64,000 nt of DNA from Blasia pusilla (taxonomy: Eukaryota). Shown piece after piece: positions 62,780-64,000 of the stretch. Made by a program: the position numbers and the translations under genes. Every line of letters starts with the position of its first letter. The stretch's first letter is position 1. Location of the stretch: contig CM114271.1 of NCBI GenBank assembly GCA_050084515.1, forward strand, positions 22,134,001 to 22,198,000, read 5' to 3'. The notes under the pieces are model-generated. The model searched no databases. It worked only from the letters and a program-made list of their open reading frames with translations, and was not told where the DNA came from.

Positions 62780-64000
62780 CTAGATGAACGCTTAATGGAA
62801 GGTGCAATGCACGAAAAATTCAAACAAATTTTACTATTAAGAGAGGTGCTTGCGCGATAAGAGAAACACATGAAAAAAACTTTTCTATAAAGAGCATAAA
62901 AAATATACAAGATTTTTATTTCATAAAAAGAAATTTATACACAACATTTCGAGTGTAATTACCTTTTTCATTGGAATGTGTATCACTACCCGTATCATTA
63001 TATGAATTGAATTCTTTTCTCCTACTCTAGATGATGCAACATATAACTGCCCATGAGAAAGTACAGGTATGGGTAAAACATATTCCAACCTTTCATAAAG
63101 TTTGACCTTGTGATTTATTAATAGTCATAGCAAAAGTTGGACGGATAGGGAATTGGAATCTACGTAAATCAAAAGGCAACCATGAGTAAGAAGCAATCAA
63201 TGGAATATGCAAAATGAAAATTTGATCTCCAATGTTCTTCCATGTAATAATTTCAGCATCAATAATATGTTGCATGAATCCACGCATGATTAGCCGAGTG
63301 TCATTCGCTTGTCCTTTTGCCCAATTCATATTCCGTAAAAGCATAATTTGTGCACCAATCTTCAAACACAAACGATGTGGAGGCAATCCAGAAGGTAAGC
63401 AAGTATCAAGAACTCTGTTGGATAGATATAACTCATTCCCTCATTTGGAACAGAATCAATACTAAGATAAATATGCTCATGTATATAACACAAATTTGTT
63501 AGAAAATATATTCCCAAAAACTTAGTCTAAATTTGTTAAAGTAGACAAAATGAAGTCATTTTCGTTAAGAGTAAGAATAGTAAGAGAAAAAATTAGTACC
63601 TCTCCAGAAAATCGAGACATGACTTCCATATTTATGTCATCAATATCTCTGTTTCTTGGTGTGAGAATGGCCGTATCTCTTAAAAAGTTGATGGCATTAA
63701 ACCTTTGAAGATCATTCTCATGTATCATATGAATAAGATCATTTACATTCTTGCTATGAACAACCATGTTAAACTGCACGGATCATATCTTCTCCCAAAG
63801 AAGTGTGTAATGGCACATGACCCTCTCCAACCTCCAATAACCAATCAGCAAAAGCTTGTTAATCAAAACGCATATGCCCTTCTAAATTTTGAACTCTCAT
63901 GTTGTAGTAAGCTTCATCACCTTTATATGGGACCATAAATTAGATCTTTTTTAAGTGGCTTGGATAATTTTAGGATGATCCCCATGACGAATGATAGGTA
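62780..64000 (-). mobile_element. Second Helitron, 3' part (helicase C-terminus), running off the window
   Basis: ILTPRN, PPHRLCLKIGAQIMLLRN, QFPIRPTFAMTINKSQGQTL. Same intron position as Helitron 1. Candidate hairpin 62802-62812 and CTAG 62780-62783. Confidence 0.85.

Overview
Repeat-dense eukaryotic DNA, most likely from a non-seed land plant (spliceosomal introns, an LRR receptor-like pseudogene, a probably plastid-targeted gene); the lineage is inferred, not proven. About 50 kb is nested transposons. There are four degenerate copies, in two families, of an unusual Ty3/Gypsy retrotransposon with domain order gag(2xCCHC)-protease-C5 DNA methyltransferase-RT-RNaseH-integrase-PHD finger. Also present are a solo terminal unit of one family, a Ty1/Copia element, a truncated CACTA end, a possible hAT remnant and two Helitrons. 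The Gypsy elements lack ordinary LTRs. Their ends are split direct repeats (A1-internal-PPT-B1-nn-A2-B2), with the integrase-type CA|nn|TG junction inside the repeat, 4-bp target duplications, and a primer site complementary to the predicted transcript 5' end (Tf1-like self-priming). Together these suggest a methyltransferase-carrying DDE-integrase retrotransposon that integrates from a circular intermediate. The one clear host gene (55640-62574, minus, about 11 exons) encodes a probable plastid coiled-coil protein with a C-terminal CBM25-like starch-binding module.
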